Part shown: positions 1-9,880 of the stretch, in pieces
Position numbering within the stretch: the first letter of the stretch is position 1
Layout of the letters: each line of letters opens with the position of its first letter
Source: Pirellulales bacterium
GTDB taxonomy: Bacteria > Planctomycetota > Planctomycetia > Pirellulales > UBA1268
Direction: 5' to 3'
Assembly: GCA_028066355.1 (NCBI GenBank)
Contig: JALCBP010000003.1
Location: 1,751 to 65,750 of the forward strand
Length of the DNA: 64,000 nt
The notes under the pieces: model-generated
The model's database searches: none
What the model was told of the DNA's origin: nothing
The model's input: the letters and a program-made list of their open reading frames with translations, nothing else
Program-made: the position numbers and the translations under genes

Positions 1-645
1 GATGCAACCCAAGCCGTAGGGAAAATCCCACTATCTTTTCCTGAAATTGAGGCCACAAGTCTTAGCTTTGCGCCGCACAAATTTGGTGGTCCGCGTGGAG
101 TTGGCTGTCTCCTCATCAAGAAAAATGTTGAGTGGAAACCACTCTTTTCTGGTTCTCAGCAACTCCAGATGCGCGGCGGTACAGAGCCTGTAGCCTTGAT
201 CGCTGGATGTCAAACAGCGGTGCATCAAGCAGTTGCACAACAGGGTTCAGAAGCGAAACGGCTAGAAGGATTACGGGAAATTTTTGAGTTTACTGTTTGT
301 AAAATGGCCAGAGAATTCGGTATCGACCCTTGGATTATTTGTAAGAACACGACACGAAGTCCACATATCTCAACAATTGCCTTTCCAGGGATTGATCGAC
401 AGGCTTTTATGATGGCAGCAGATCTGAATGGACTTGCCGTTGCAACGGGGACAGCCTGTGCAAGTGGGTCTCAGGAGCCGTCACCGGCACTTGTTGCAAT
501 GGACTTGCCAAAGCCTGTGATTCAGTCAGCGATTCGTTTCAGTTTTGGTCGTACCACTCATGGAACCGATATCGAAAATGCATGTGAGAAAATTAATCAG
601 ATTCTCCAAAAGCACTTTCCAGTACACCCGAATAATCGCCTGTAA
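1..645 (+). CDS. Cysteine desulfurase (class V aminotransferase, IscS/NifS family), C-terminal part; 5' end lies outside the window
   Basis: Frame 1 is open from base 1 to the TAA at 643-645. The translation (..FAPHKFGGPRGVGCLLIKK..MRGGTEPVALIAG..ATGTACASGSQEPSPALVAM..IRFSFGRTT) matches the conserved C-terminal blocks of IscS/NifS, including the active-site Cys loop. Confidence 0.8.
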   Translation, partial: DATQAVGKIPLSFPEIEATSLSFAPHKFGGPRGVGCLLIKKNVEWKPLFSGSQQLQMRGGTEPVALIAGCQTAVHQAVAQQGSEAKRLEGLREIFEFTVCKMAREFGIDPWIICKNTTRSPHISTIAFPGIDRQAFMMAADLNGLAVATGTACASGSQEPSPALVAMDLPKPVIQSAIRFSFGRTTHGTDIENACEKINQILQKHFPVHPNNRL

Positions 646-672
646 TTGCAGAAGGCATAAAGATTCCATAGC

Positions 673-1746
673 ATGACGCCATCGGGGAGAGTCTCAAGGG
701 AAAAGGCTCTATATCCATGGCATGGCGGCCGCACATCACCTCGAACTGGAATGTGGCAACCAATGCCATCTTGTACGTCTACCCAGCCGTTGTCTTATGA
801 TCTCATTGCTGGGTTCACGTTTGATTTTTGTATTGAAAAAATAGTTGCTTTAGCCACTCAATCTACATATCCAATACCAGAACGAGAGGGTTTTCTTGTG
901 GTTGGGTTTGGTGGCCAAAAAATCGTGCGTGAAGAATGGGTGCAGAGTGCAATAACTTCCTGGGAAAAAACATGTGAGGAAACAAGGGATACTGTATGCA
1001 AGTCATGGACACGAACAGAAGGATCGGTCCTATCAACATTACTCAGGAAATATCGCAAGGTCGGATCACTCCAGCCAATACGGAAATTACTAGATTCAGA
1101 TAATGGAAAACCGAATTGTTCTGATAACAACTTTAACATGGTTGTTATTAACCAACTTGACTGTGTGGCACAGAATGAATCTGATCAGTTTATGGCATGT
1201 CAATACTTAGACATGCTGCTTGGAAATACCTCTCTCGTAATAGTAACCCTTACGGATCATCCCTCGACTCTTCATTTACATCCCTCTCTTGCTTCACGAC
1301 TATCTGCAGGATTCCTGTTTCAATTTCCACATGGCACCTCTTCCTCGAAACAGAGCAATAACAAAGAGAGACATGCGGAGAAATCACGAGTGCGACAGAC
1401 TCAGAAGCGCAATACAAAGATACCGCAATCAATCGATTCTGGAACACTGGATACAGTTCATAGAATCATATGCACCGTTGCCAGCCATTTTGATGTGACA
1501 AAAAAAGATATTCAGAATAGCTCTCAACGTCGATGTCATGTTCGTCCAAGGGGTCTCGCTATATACTGCATTCGAGAAATGACAGATTTAAGCAGCCATG
1601 AAATTGGACAATTCTTTGGCGGTCGAGATCACTCGACCATCCTTCATAGCTTGAAGATCACTACAAAATCACTACAACAGGATCAAGCAACTCAGGCTGA
1701 CCTTCGAGCAATTAAAAGGCAGTTGCAGCATTCGATTATTTGTTGA
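673..1746 (+). CDS. dnaA: DnaA-family replication initiator homolog, short (357 aa), with degenerate ATPase motifs
   Basis: The C-terminal ~90 aa are a near-canonical DnaA domain IV (RPRGLAIYCIREMTDLSSHEIGQFFGGRDHSTILHS). The central part aligns to the DnaA AAA+ domain (FTFDF.., LVIVTLTDHPS, LASRLSAGFLFQF). Walker A reads VVGFGGQKI rather than GxxGxGK[ST], and Walker B reads VVINQLD rather than hhhhDD. There is no domain I/II. It lies directly upstream of an AT-rich gap and dnaN. Confidence 0.7.
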   Translation: MTPSGRVSREKALYPWHGGRTSPRTGMWQPMPSCTSTQPLSYDLIAGFTFDFCIEKIVALATQSTYPIPEREGFLVVGFGGQKIVREEWVQSAITSWEKTCEETRDTVCKSWTRTEGSVLSTLLRKYRKVGSLQPIRKLLDSDNGKPNCSDNNFNMVVINQLDCVAQNESDQFMACQYLDMLLGNTSLVIVTLTDHPSTLHLHPSLASRLSAGFLFQFPHGTSSSKQSNNKERHAEKSRVRQTQKRNTKIPQSIDSGTLDTVHRIICTVASHFDVTKKDIQNSSQRRCHVRPRGLAIYCIREMTDLSSHEIGQFFGGRDHSTILHSLKITTKSLQQDQATQADLRAIKRQLQHSIIC

Positions 1747-2422
1747 GAAGACAGTTATAAAACTGTTCGGTAGAGTGTCATCATTTTGTTGATTTCTATC
1801 TTCGAGGATTTGTCAACATCTTCGAACCAATTCGAAATCATGCAGTACCCAGCTACATGACACATGATTATGCGATACATGTGCCTTGCTCGAACATGCA
1901 ATAAAGAAGTTTTTGACCTTCTATGAAAGCTATGCACCAGATCAATCGACAAACAAAAAAGGCGTTAATAAACAAACAAATGACATCGATCAGACAAAAC
2001 TTCCACGTATAGACATGTCCTTTTTATAATCCCTCCATTTTATTAAAAACCTTTGTTTTTATGAGTCAAAACAACACTACGTTGTGGTTATCCAGGGGGC
2101 TATTCTAATTACATTTTCATTTCGGTGGCTTAGTTATCACGCTCTTCTACTAATACTTCTCATACTTTTTCTATTCCTTCTTTTACTTACTTATTTTCTT
2201 ATAAAAGGAAATAGAAGAAGACACCGATGAGTGTTTCTTGAATTGAGAATCGACCGGGCTCAAAAGACATGAAAACAAGTACTTTTTGAGCCGAAAAATT
2301 CTCATAAATCTTCTGCGAGACGTACAAAAATCGGGTAAATTGAGGGGTCCCCGGATTGATTGGTTTAGGCATATCAATCAATTGATTTATTTTGTCCTTT
2401 TCCTTGAAACAGTTTCCCCTAT
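1747..2422. other. Candidate chromosomal replication origin (oriC) / dnaN promoter region
   Basis: This is a 676-bp visibly AT-rich non-coding gap between dnaA-like and dnaN. Overlapping DnaA-box-like 9-mers are TGTGGTTAT (2083-2091) and TTATCCAGG (2088-2096), each 7/9 to the consensus. An inverted repeat pairs ATTGATTG (2355-2362) with CAATCAAT (2375-2382), and it overlaps the perfect palindrome AATCAATTGATT (2376-2387). A further palindrome ACAGTTATAAAACTGT lies at 1751-1766. No perfect TTATCCACA was found. Confidence 0.45.
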
Positions 2423-3535
2423 ATGAACTTTCGATGTACACGCGAACCGCTTTTAGCAGCGCTTCAAACAGCTGCTGTTGTTGTACCTACCAGGTCAACA
2501 AGACCGGTCCTGACAAACGTAAAATTGGAAGTCGATGGATCTACTGCAGTCCTTTCAGCCACAGACTTGGAAATAGGTATTCGTACTGAAATCGAAGGTG
2601 TTGAAACAACGGCAGCAGGAAGCGTGCTTTTGCCAAGCGCACGATTAATGGCAATCGTCCGGGAAAGTCCACCTGGAACAACATTCGAGATTGAGTCCGA
2701 TGGAAACGCAACAGTTGTCAAGGCTGCTCGAAGTCAGTTTCGTTTACCGGCAGAAGATCCAGTCGAATTCCCATCAGTAGCGACATTTCCAGCAGATGCC
2801 TGTTTTGAACTCTCAACACCGTTGGTTCGTGAATTAGTTCGTAGAACTGTATTTGCGACTGATAACGAGTCGAGTCGCTATGCCCTTGGAGGTGTTCTCC
2901 TTGAGTTAACAGATGCTACGGTAGTGGCTGTTGGAACAGATGGTCGCCGTCTTGCAAAGATGGAAGGTCCATCTTCAATTCAGGGTGGTGAACTGCCGGA
3001 TACTCAACCGATTGTTCCCGCTCGCGCGATGCAGCTTATTGAGCGGAGCCTTGGAGATGCAGAGACTCCTGTGAAATTAGCTGTCCAGGGAAGTGATGTG
3101 CTAATTCACACTGGACATACCACGATATCAGCACGGCTTGTAGAGGGAAGGTTTCCTCGGTGGCGAGACGTCTTTCCGGATAGACCCGATGCTGTGCGGG
3201 TCAAAGTCGTAGCAGGACCACTTCTGTCAGCCGTACGGCAAGCAGCCATTGTCACGAGCGAACAATCCAAAGGCGTTGATTTTGAATTTGAATCGGGACA
3301 ATTGGTCCTGGCTGGTCAATCGGCGGAAAGTGGCCAGAGTCGCGTGGAGATGCCCATTGACCATAGCGGTGAAACCGTACAGATCAAACTAGATCCTCGC
3401 TTTGTCAGTGAATTCCTTCGAGTTCTTGATCCAGCAACTTCCATTGATGTCGAACTCACAGATGGTCAGAGTGCGTGTGTTTACCGAACTGAGGATGGTT
3501 ATGGGTACTGTGTCATGCCGTTAGCAGCTGATTAG
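2423..3535 (+). CDS. dnaN: DNA polymerase III beta subunit (sliding clamp)
   Basis: 370 aa. The N-terminus (MNFRCTREPLLAALQTAAVVVPTRSTRPVLTNVKLEV..LSATDLEIGI) and overall length are typical of DnaN, as is the position after dnaA. Confidence 0.95.
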   Translation: MNFRCTREPLLAALQTAAVVVPTRSTRPVLTNVKLEVDGSTAVLSATDLEIGIRTEIEGVETTAAGSVLLPSARLMAIVRESPPGTTFEIESDGNATVVKAARSQFRLPAEDPVEFPSVATFPADACFELSTPLVRELVRRTVFATDNESSRYALGGVLLELTDATVVAVGTDGRRLAKMEGPSSIQGGELPDTQPIVPARAMQLIERSLGDAETPVKLAVQGSDVLIHTGHTTISARLVEGRFPRWRDVFPDRPDAVRVKVVAGPLLSAVRQAAIVTSEQSKGVDFEFESGQLVLAGQSAESGQSRVEMPIDHSGETVQIKLDPRFVSEFLRVLDPATSIDVELTDGQSACVYRTEDGYGYCVMPLAAD

Positions 3536-3599
3536 TACCGTGGTCTACAGAGGAACAACCATTGTGCCTTCAGTGTCTCTACCTTGGAAAACCAGCAGA

Positions 3600-3908
3600 A
3601 TGACAGACCCACGAACCCTCGGAAATGTTTTGTCGAGGTTAATGGCCAGAACTGGGTACGACCGTGAGCAAGGGAGTGATGCATTACGCTCTGCGTGGGA
3701 GCGTGTCGCCCCAGAAAGTTTGCAAGGTGTCTCTCAGGCAGGTGTTGTACGTCGAGGCATTCTCGAAGTCTTTGTAACTCATTCAGCACTGGTGCAGGAA
3801 ATGGGCTTTCATAAACATGAAGTCATTAAAAAACTCCAGTCACTGCTGCCATCAGAGGGGATTACTGATATTCGCTGTCGCCTCCTCATTGAAGCCGGTC
3901 AGAAGTAA
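3600..3908 (+). CDS. DUF721 domain protein (DciA-type helicase-loader family candidate)
   Basis: LGNVLSRLMARTGY..LRSAWERVAPESL..GILEVFVTHSALVQEMGFHKHEVIKKL fits the DUF721 pattern, and it occupies the dnaN-gyrB slot. The ORF track starts at the GTG at 3540. I prefer the in-frame ATG at 3600 (MTDPRTLGNV), but the start is uncertain. Confidence 0.65.
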   Translation: MTDPRTLGNVLSRLMARTGYDREQGSDALRSAWERVAPESLQGVSQAGVVRRGILEVFVTHSALVQEMGFHKHEVIKKLQSLLPSEGITDIRCRLLIEAGQK

Positions 3909-3988
3909 TGTCGATATATTTCGATCCCGCAAAAACTGTTTAACAAACTTGTATTCCAACCTACTTAATCGTTTTGTGAAAGGCGTCC

Positions 3989-6484
3989 ATGGCTGAATCA
4001 GCACCATCTCCTGCAGAAGATCCATCAGAAGCAGGTTATACCAGTACTGACTTAAAGCATCTCTCTGATCGTGAGCATGTCCGAGAACGGTTTGGAATGT
4101 ATATAGGTGACAACACGTCACGTGGACTCCATCACCTGGTCTATGAAGTCGTTGATAACTCAATTGATGAGTGTATGGCCAAATATGCATATCGAGTAGC
4201 AGTGACAGTCAATGTTGATGGTAGTGTGACCGTTGAAGATGACGGTCGAGGGATCCCAACAGGTATTCATGAGCAGCTTTCAGAGGAGATGGATCGCGAA
4301 GTATCGACTCTTGAGGGTGTGATGACTGTGCTCAAATTTGGAGGAAAGTTTGAGAAAGGCGCGTACCAGACATCTGGTGGTCTCCATGGTGTTGGTGTGA
4401 CAGTCGTCAACTTTCTTTCTGAGTGGTGTGAAGTTGAGGTATCTCGAGACGGGCATCTTTGGCAGCAGGAGTACCAGCGGGGAGAGCCAACCGGGCCGGT
4501 TAGGAAAATGGGCACGGCGACTGCGACAGGTACGAAGACAACATTTAAACCAGATCCTCAGATTTTTCCGCAGACTAAATTTTCCTGGGATGTCCTTTCT
4601 CGCCGCCTTCAAGAACTAGCATTTCTCAATTCTGGTGTGCGGATTGTCTTTACCGATGCTTCGAGTGGCCAGACGGAGGAATACCATTATGAGAGAGGTG
4701 TTGAAGAATTTGTTGAATGGTTAAATAGGTCAAGTGACGCCATCCATCCCGATGTTATTTGTCTTCAAGGTGAGACAGAGGGTGTCGCCTGGGATATCGC
4801 GCTTCAATACACCGGAGACTTTACAGAAAATGTACACAGTTATGTAAATAACATTTCCACGAATGAGGGTGGAACGCATGTTTCTGGTTTTCGTTCAGCA
4901 CTTACTCGAAGTCTCAATTCCTATGGCAAGAAAACAGGAATGTATAAGGACTTAGTGCCAACAGGTGATGATGTACGAGAAGGGATCACAGCTGTTGTGA
5001 GCGTGCGAGTTGCGGAGCCGCAATTTGAAGGACAAACCAAGACAAAGCTTGGCAATAATGAAGTTGAGAGCATCATTACCTCAGCCGTGGGTGAATTTCT
5101 TGGTAAATACCTTGAAGAACATCCCAAGAGCGCAAAAGCTATTGTCCAGAAAGGTGTTCTCGCAGCTGAAGCACGTACTGCCGCTCAAAAAGCAAAAGCA
5201 CTTCTCCGTGAACGGAAAGGTGCGCTCTCGGGTGGTGGTCTACCCGGTAAACTTCGTGACTGCACCAGTAAAGATGTTGATAAATGTGAAATTTATCTCG
5301 TTGAGGGTGATTCAGCAGGTGGTTCAGCCGAGGGTGGCCGCCTCCGTGAATATCAGGCAATCCTTCCTCTTCGGGGAAAAATTATCAATGCGTATAAAAG
5401 TCGTGAGGACAAAGTTCTTGCGAACGAAGAAGTCCGCAGTGTCATTTCAGCAATAGGAGCAGGCATTGGGCCAGAGGCAGATCTTTCAAAGCGACGATAC
5501 GACAAAGTTGTCATTATGACGGATGCTGATGTTGATGGTTCGCATATCCGTACGCTCTTACTGACCTTTTTCTATCGACAGATGTACCAATTGGTTGTTT
5601 CTGGACACGTCTATGTTGCCCAACCACCGCTCTTTCGTGTGCGCAACAAGAAGCAGGTTTACTATGTGCAAACAGAAGAAGAAATGAAGCAACAACTGCT
5701 TGATCAAGGCCTCGGAGAAGGTGTCTTCTTGCCAGGTGATGGCCGGGAGTTAGCTGGAGAGGAGATGCAGAAACTCTGTCGAACGTTGGCTGGATTAGAA
5801 GACGCCCTTGTCGCGCTTGAACGTCGAGGCATTAGCTTACGTGACCATGCGGATCGACGTGACTCAGATACGAAAATGCTCCCGATGTATCATGTCTTTT
5901 TTGGCACTGAAGAGCATTGGTTTACGAGTCGTGACCAGCTTGAGGCATTTGTTGAATCAAAAGAGAAAATCACAGGTGGTGAATTAGAGGCTGGAAAAGC
6001 TGATGAAAACAAACCAGGTGGAGGTGGTGCAGCCGATCCGGAATCAGCTGACCATCAACTCATTGTTATCGATCTTCATGAGGTCCGCAGCATTAATGCG
6101 GGGCTTAAAGAGCTCGATTCGATGGGGTTTGGAATCGAGTCTCTCATGCCTGAAGACCGAACTGGTACAGAAGAACCCCGGTACAAGCTGCGTCGTGGTG
6201 AAAATATGATAGGGCTTGAAGATTTACGAGGTCTTCTTGCAGCGGTAAGGCGTGCTGGTGAAAAGGGCTTAGCAATCACCCGTTTCAAAGGTCTTGGTGA
6301 AATGAATGCTGAGGAGCTCCGGGAGACAACACTCGACCCATCAAACCGTACGCTTCTTCGTGTCACGATGGAAGATGCGGCAGCTGCCCATGAACTTTTT
6401 CGTACGTTGATGGGAGAGAAAGTCGAGCCTCGTCGTGAGTTTATTGAGCGGAATGCTCTCGATGTAAGAAATCTCGATGTGTAA
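3989..6484 (+). CDS. gyrB: DNA gyrase subunit B
   Basis: 831 aa. It carries the GHKL ATPase block (HHLVYEVVDNSIDE, DDGRGIP), the Toprim block (EIYLVEGDSAGGSA, IMTDADVDGSHI) and the C-terminal KGLGEMN motif. Confidence 0.97.
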   Translation: MAESAPSPAEDPSEAGYTSTDLKHLSDREHVRERFGMYIGDNTSRGLHHLVYEVVDNSIDECMAKYAYRVAVTVNVDGSVTVEDDGRGIPTGIHEQLSEEMDREVSTLEGVMTVLKFGGKFEKGAYQTSGGLHGVGVTVVNFLSEWCEVEVSRDGHLWQQEYQRGEPTGPVRKMGTATATGTKTTFKPDPQIFPQTKFSWDVLSRRLQELAFLNSGVRIVFTDASSGQTEEYHYERGVEEFVEWLNRSSDAIHPDVICLQGETEGVAWDIALQYTGDFTENVHSYVNNISTNEGGTHVSGFRSALTRSLNSYGKKTGMYKDLVPTGDDVREGITAVVSVRVAEPQFEGQTKTKLGNNEVESIITSAVGEFLGKYLEEHPKSAKAIVQKGVLAAEARTAAQKAKALLRERKGALSGGGLPGKLRDCTSKDVDKCEIYLVEGDSAGGSAEGGRLREYQAILPLRGKIINAYKSREDKVLANEEVRSVISAIGAGIGPEADLSKRRYDKVVIMTDADVDGSHIRTLLLTFFYRQMYQLVVSGHVYVAQPPLFRVRNKKQVYYVQTEEEMKQQLLDQGLGEGVFLPGDGRELAGEEMQKLCRTLAGLEDALVALERRGISLRDHADRRDSDTKMLPMYHVFFGTEEHWFTSRDQLEAFVESKEKITGGELEAGKADENKPGGGGAADPESADHQLIVIDLHEVRSINAGLKELDSMGFGIESLMPEDRTGTEEPRYKLRRGENMIGLEDLRGLLAAVRRAGEKGLAITRFKGLGEMNAEELRETTLDPSNRTLLRVTMEDAAAAHELFRTLMGEKVEPRREFIERNALDVRNLDV

Positions 6485-6491
6485 TGAAGAT

Positions 6492-7145
6492 CTACGTATC
6501 TTCATCAAGAATCTTGAGCCGGACATTTTTGAGCCAGACGGCATAGCCATGATCTTGGAAAGCGAATCCTCCGCGCCTGGATCGCTGCCCCGCAGCGCCT
6601 TCATTCAAGTTGACCTGATTCACGACTTCATCATTTATTGAAACAGTAATCTGATTATCGATGCACCGAATATGCATATGGTTCCACTGTTTTGCTTGTT
6701 TTGAAGCATTCTTCGTTGGTGCATGACCTGGAATGATTCCACCAGCAGCATGGTCGCCAAGTTCTGGCTTCAACCAGAGACTGTTCTCAAAGAGTTGGAC
6801 TTCTTTATGGTTCCGATCCTCGAGTTGTGCAAGATCGGGAATGTGAAAATAGAGACCACTGTTCTTTGTCGTACGCCAATCAAAATCAATTTCAAAATTT
6901 GTGACGTTGACACCTTTTAGGACAAGATAGTTTTCATAGTTCTTCCAATGCTTATATTCACGTTCAGGAAGGTGGATCACGCCATCGTCTTGTAACAACC
7001 ACGCCCCCTTTGTTGTCCAGTTATCAGAAAGATGCTGATTGATAAGGGGCATCCAATCAGTAGCCAAGAGCGGGCTATCGATGAGAAAAAAACCGCTTAT
7101 AAAAAAAAGCATGCAAAAAATAGTTTGATATTTGCTTCGTAACAT
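6492..7145 (-). CDS. Secreted DUF1080 (3-keto-disaccharide hydrolase-like) domain protein
   Basis: It has an N-terminal signal peptide (MLFFISGFFLIDSPLLA) followed by W..KGAW..DGVI, SGLYFH, and FAFQDHGYAVWLKNVRLK, the characteristic DUF1080 C-terminal block. Confidence 0.8.
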   Translation of the reverse strand: MLRSKYQTIFCMLFFISGFFLIDSPLLATDWMPLINQHLSDNWTTKGAWLLQDDGVIHLPEREYKHWKNYENYLVLKGVNVTNFEIDFDWRTTKNSGLYFHIPDLAQLEDRNHKEVQLFENSLWLKPELGDHAAGGIIPGHAPTKNASKQAKQWNHMHIRCIDNQITVSINDEVVNQVNLNEGAAGQRSRRGGFAFQDHGYAVWLKNVRLKILDEDT

Positions 7146-7191
7146 GGGTGCTCCCTCTGTGATACTTGAATGTGAATATGAGAACGCTGCT

Positions 7192-7728
7192 TCATGTCTG
7201 CGGAGTGACAGACGTTACCGAAGCCAGATAATGCCATGTATCGAATGTTGCAGCCTGACCGTAATAGCGTCCATTTTCGTCAGAAATATTCCAGATAACC
7301 GCCTTTTCAATCTTGAAACGCTTGCCAGTCTTGGAAACTCGAATGCCGGCATAATCATCGATATACCCATTTTTTCTGGTTCTGTCCAAAAGACGTGCAC
7401 GCTCATCCCGGTGAACGGGCTCAGCTGTTTTTCGAGACGGCGTCCGAACGAATTCTTCCCAAGTCATCTCCCAGAGGCATAGCGCTTTTTTGTTCCCGTA
7501 ATTCAGTATGGGATCGTTCTCTAGTCCATGTGAAACAACAACAAATGGTGCATCAAATAAACAACGAACTCGTTCCTCATGGCTGCCATCATGTACAAGT
7601 AACTCCCTCCCAAGAAGGGAGGAGAATGAATGTAGAAGAAGTTCGATATGTTGGACAAGATCTCGCATAATGGAGCTCACAGGGAAGACATTGTCTGCAA
7701 AGGAAGTCTCTTCACGTATTCGGGACAA
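7192..7728 (-). CDS. MEKHLA domain protein
   Basis: FVVVSHGLENDPILNYGNKKALCLWEMTWEEF...GIRVSKTGKRFKIEKAVIWNISDENGRYYGQAATFDTW matches the MEKHLA signature as I recall it (RiS..GrRF.ie.a.vWn..D..G...GQAA.F..W). Confidence 0.75.
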   Translation of the reverse strand: MSRIREETSFADNVFPVSSIMRDLVQHIELLLHSFSSLLGRELLVHDGSHEERVRCLFDAPFVVVSHGLENDPILNYGNKKALCLWEMTWEEFVRTPSRKTAEPVHRDERARLLDRTRKNGYIDDYAGIRVSKTGKRFKIEKAVIWNISDENGRYYGQAATFDTWHYLASVTSVTPQT

Positions 7729-7759
7729 GCAAATTCAAATTTAATGGAAAGATTTTATC

Positions 7760-8455
7760 ATGACTAAACAGAGTACGAGGAATCGAGGACGTCTGTTTTT
7801 TACTCTGTGTTTCGTGACTCTTGCCTGGAACGTTTCTGATGTATTTGCTCAATCCATACAAGATATGGTATTCGAGGATGATTTTAGTGACGGTAGTACG
7901 CGATGGGAAACAACAGATTCTGACTCGTGGACACTGACAAAACAGAATGGTCGTGCGGCCTGGGGGCTCAATAAGCGGAAGAGTGATTACCAGCCAAAGG
8001 TTCGGAGCCCACATAATATAGCGTTAGTCCGGGATCTGGACCTTACCGATACTGTTATTGAGTTTGACGTAAAAAGTACTCGTGACACCGGCAATCATCG
8101 TGACTGCTGTGTGTTCTTTCAATACAAAGACCCAGAACATTTTTATTATGTTCATCTTGGTGCAAAACCCGATCCGCATAGTGGTCAAATTATGATAGTG
8201 AACGGTGCACCTCGTCGAGCGTTAACAAAAAACAAGAATTTGGTTCCATGGGACGATCAATGGCATCATGTGAGGGTGGAGCGGAATACAAAAAGTGGAA
8301 AGATAGCGGTCTTCTTTGATGATATGAAAAAACCAATCATGGAGGCATACGATAAAACATTTACATCAGGCCGAGTCGGTATTGGCTCATTCGATGATAT
8401 GAATGACTTCTCCCATGTGAAGATCTATGGGCAGAGAGCGAGTACAGAGCAGTAG
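7760..8455 (+). CDS. Secreted hypothetical protein, concanavalin-A/LamG-like jelly-roll (DUF1080-related) candidate
   Basis: It has a signal peptide (LFFTLCFVTLAWNVSDVFA). The C-terminal GRVGIGSFDDMNDFSHVKIYG resembles the last strands of LamG/DUF1080-type domains. Fold assignment is by resemblance only. Confidence 0.45.
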   Translation: MTKQSTRNRGRLFFTLCFVTLAWNVSDVFAQSIQDMVFEDDFSDGSTRWETTDSDSWTLTKQNGRAAWGLNKRKSDYQPKVRSPHNIALVRDLDLTDTVIEFDVKSTRDTGNHRDCCVFFQYKDPEHFYYVHLGAKPDPHSGQIMIVNGAPRRALTKNKNLVPWDDQWHHVRVERNTKSGKIAVFFDDMKKPIMEAYDKTFTSGRVGIGSFDDMNDFSHVKIYGQRASTEQ

Positions 8456-8534
8456 TCTTGCGAAGGTAACGTTCCTCATGTGAAATACGGAGGTTATTTA
8501 CAGACCACCCTATTTCTATGAGGAGCTGCACCCG

Positions 8535-9737
8535 ATGGCAAAGCAGTCAGTCGCTGACCTTAATCCCACTGGCAAAACCGTTCTTGTCCGAGTTGATTTT
8601 AATGTCCCACAAGACAGTAACGGTACGATCACTGATGACCGTCGAATTCGTATGGCTATCCCAACGATACGATCCATTGTTGATCGCGGTGGAAGGGCGG
8701 TGCTCATGAGCCACCTTGGTCGACCAAAGGGTGAGGCAAACCCTAAGCTTTCACTTGCCCCAGTCGCAAAACGTCTAGGCGAATTACTGGGAAAACCAGT
8801 AGCACTTGCCGCTGATACCGGGGGGAAGGACTCGGCCAAAAAGGTAGCTGCTTTGTCGGTTGGTGATGTACTGGTTTTGGAGAACGTCCGTTTCAATCCT
8901 AGTGAAAAAAAGGGAGATGATGCGAATTATGTTGCCGGTATTGCGAACCTGGCAGATGCATATGTGAACGATGCTTTTGGAACCTGTCATCGGACTGAAG
9001 CGAGCATGTACGCCGTTCCAAAGGCTATGAAAGAATCAGGTAAGCCAGTGGTTGTCGGCTTTCTTGTCGAGAAAGAAATCCGATATCTTTCCGATGCGGT
9101 GGGTCAACCAAAGCGACCGTTTGTAGCTATTCTAGGTGGTAAAAAGGTAAGTGATAAAATTGCTGTTATCAAGAATCTTTTAACGATTTGTGACTACGTA
9201 TTAATCGGAGGCGCGATGGCGTATACGTTTTCTCTCGCTCAAGGTGGGAAGACGGGTGATTCTCTTGTGGAGTCAGATAAACTTGAATTAGCAAAGCAAC
9301 TTATCCAAGATGGTGGAGAGAAACTCATTCTCCCGGTGGATACCCAATGTGCAGATGATTTTTCATCAGATGCGAACAAGAAGGTAGTCAAGGCCGGTGA
9401 AATACCAGATGGCTTTGAGGGTCTCGATATCGGCCCCGATACAGCCAATAAGTATGCTGAAATAATCCGCGGCGCTGGCACAGTTGTCTGGAACGGACCG
9501 ATGGGGGTATTCGAAATGCCGCCTTTTGATGCTGGTACAAAAGCAGTTGCCGACGCCGTTGCCAGTGCAACAGCCAGCGGTGCAATCACGATTATTGGTG
9601 GAGGTGATTCAGCAGCAGCAGTTGAACAGCTTGGTTATGCTGAAAAGGTAAGCCATGTTTCAACTGGTGGTGGAGCATCTCTCGAAATGCTCGAGGGGAA
9701 AGAATTTAAGACAGTCGGTATTCTTGATGAGACGTGA
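8535..9737 (+). CDS. pgk: Phosphoglycerate kinase
   Basis: 400 aa. Motifs include [33 protein letters not shown] and [16 protein letters not shown] Shine-Dalgarno lies just upstream. Confidence 0.97.
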   Translation: MAKQSVADLNPTGKTVLVRVDFNVPQDSNGTITDDRRIRMAIPTIRSIVDRGGRAVLMSHLGRPKGEANPKLSLAPVAKRLGELLGKPVALAADTGGKDSAKKVAALSVGDVLVLENVRFNPSEKKGDDANYVAGIANLADAYVNDAFGTCHRTEASMYAVPKAMKESGKPVVVGFLVEKEIRYLSDAVGQPKRPFVAILGGKKVSDKIAVIKNLLTICDYVLIGGAMAYTFSLAQGGKTGDSLVESDKLELAKQLIQDGGEKLILPVDTQCADDFSSDANKKVVKAGEIPDGFEGLDIGPDTANKYAEIIRGAGTVVWNGPMGVFEMPPFDAGTKAVADAVASATASGAITIIGGGDSAAAVEQLGYAEKVSHVSTGGGASLEMLEGKEFKTVGILDET

Positions 9738-9880
9738 CCAAGTCTGGTGATCAGGCCCATGGTTTAAAAACGGGTAGCCATTTGAACAAAATACTACGGA
9801 TGATTTGCTACGTCGTCGTATCTTTCATCCTAAGCAATGTTCAAAACATCTTGGCGTGCTTGGGCACGAGACAAAAGCAG

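Noticed and set aside
4267-6604. Numerous 60-150-aa antisense or alternative-frame ORFs inside gyrB, with similar ones inside nrdJ, the YTV gene, sulfatases and other long genes
   Set aside because: These are shadow ORFs within long, well-supported genes. They have biased composition, no start context and no recognisable motifs.
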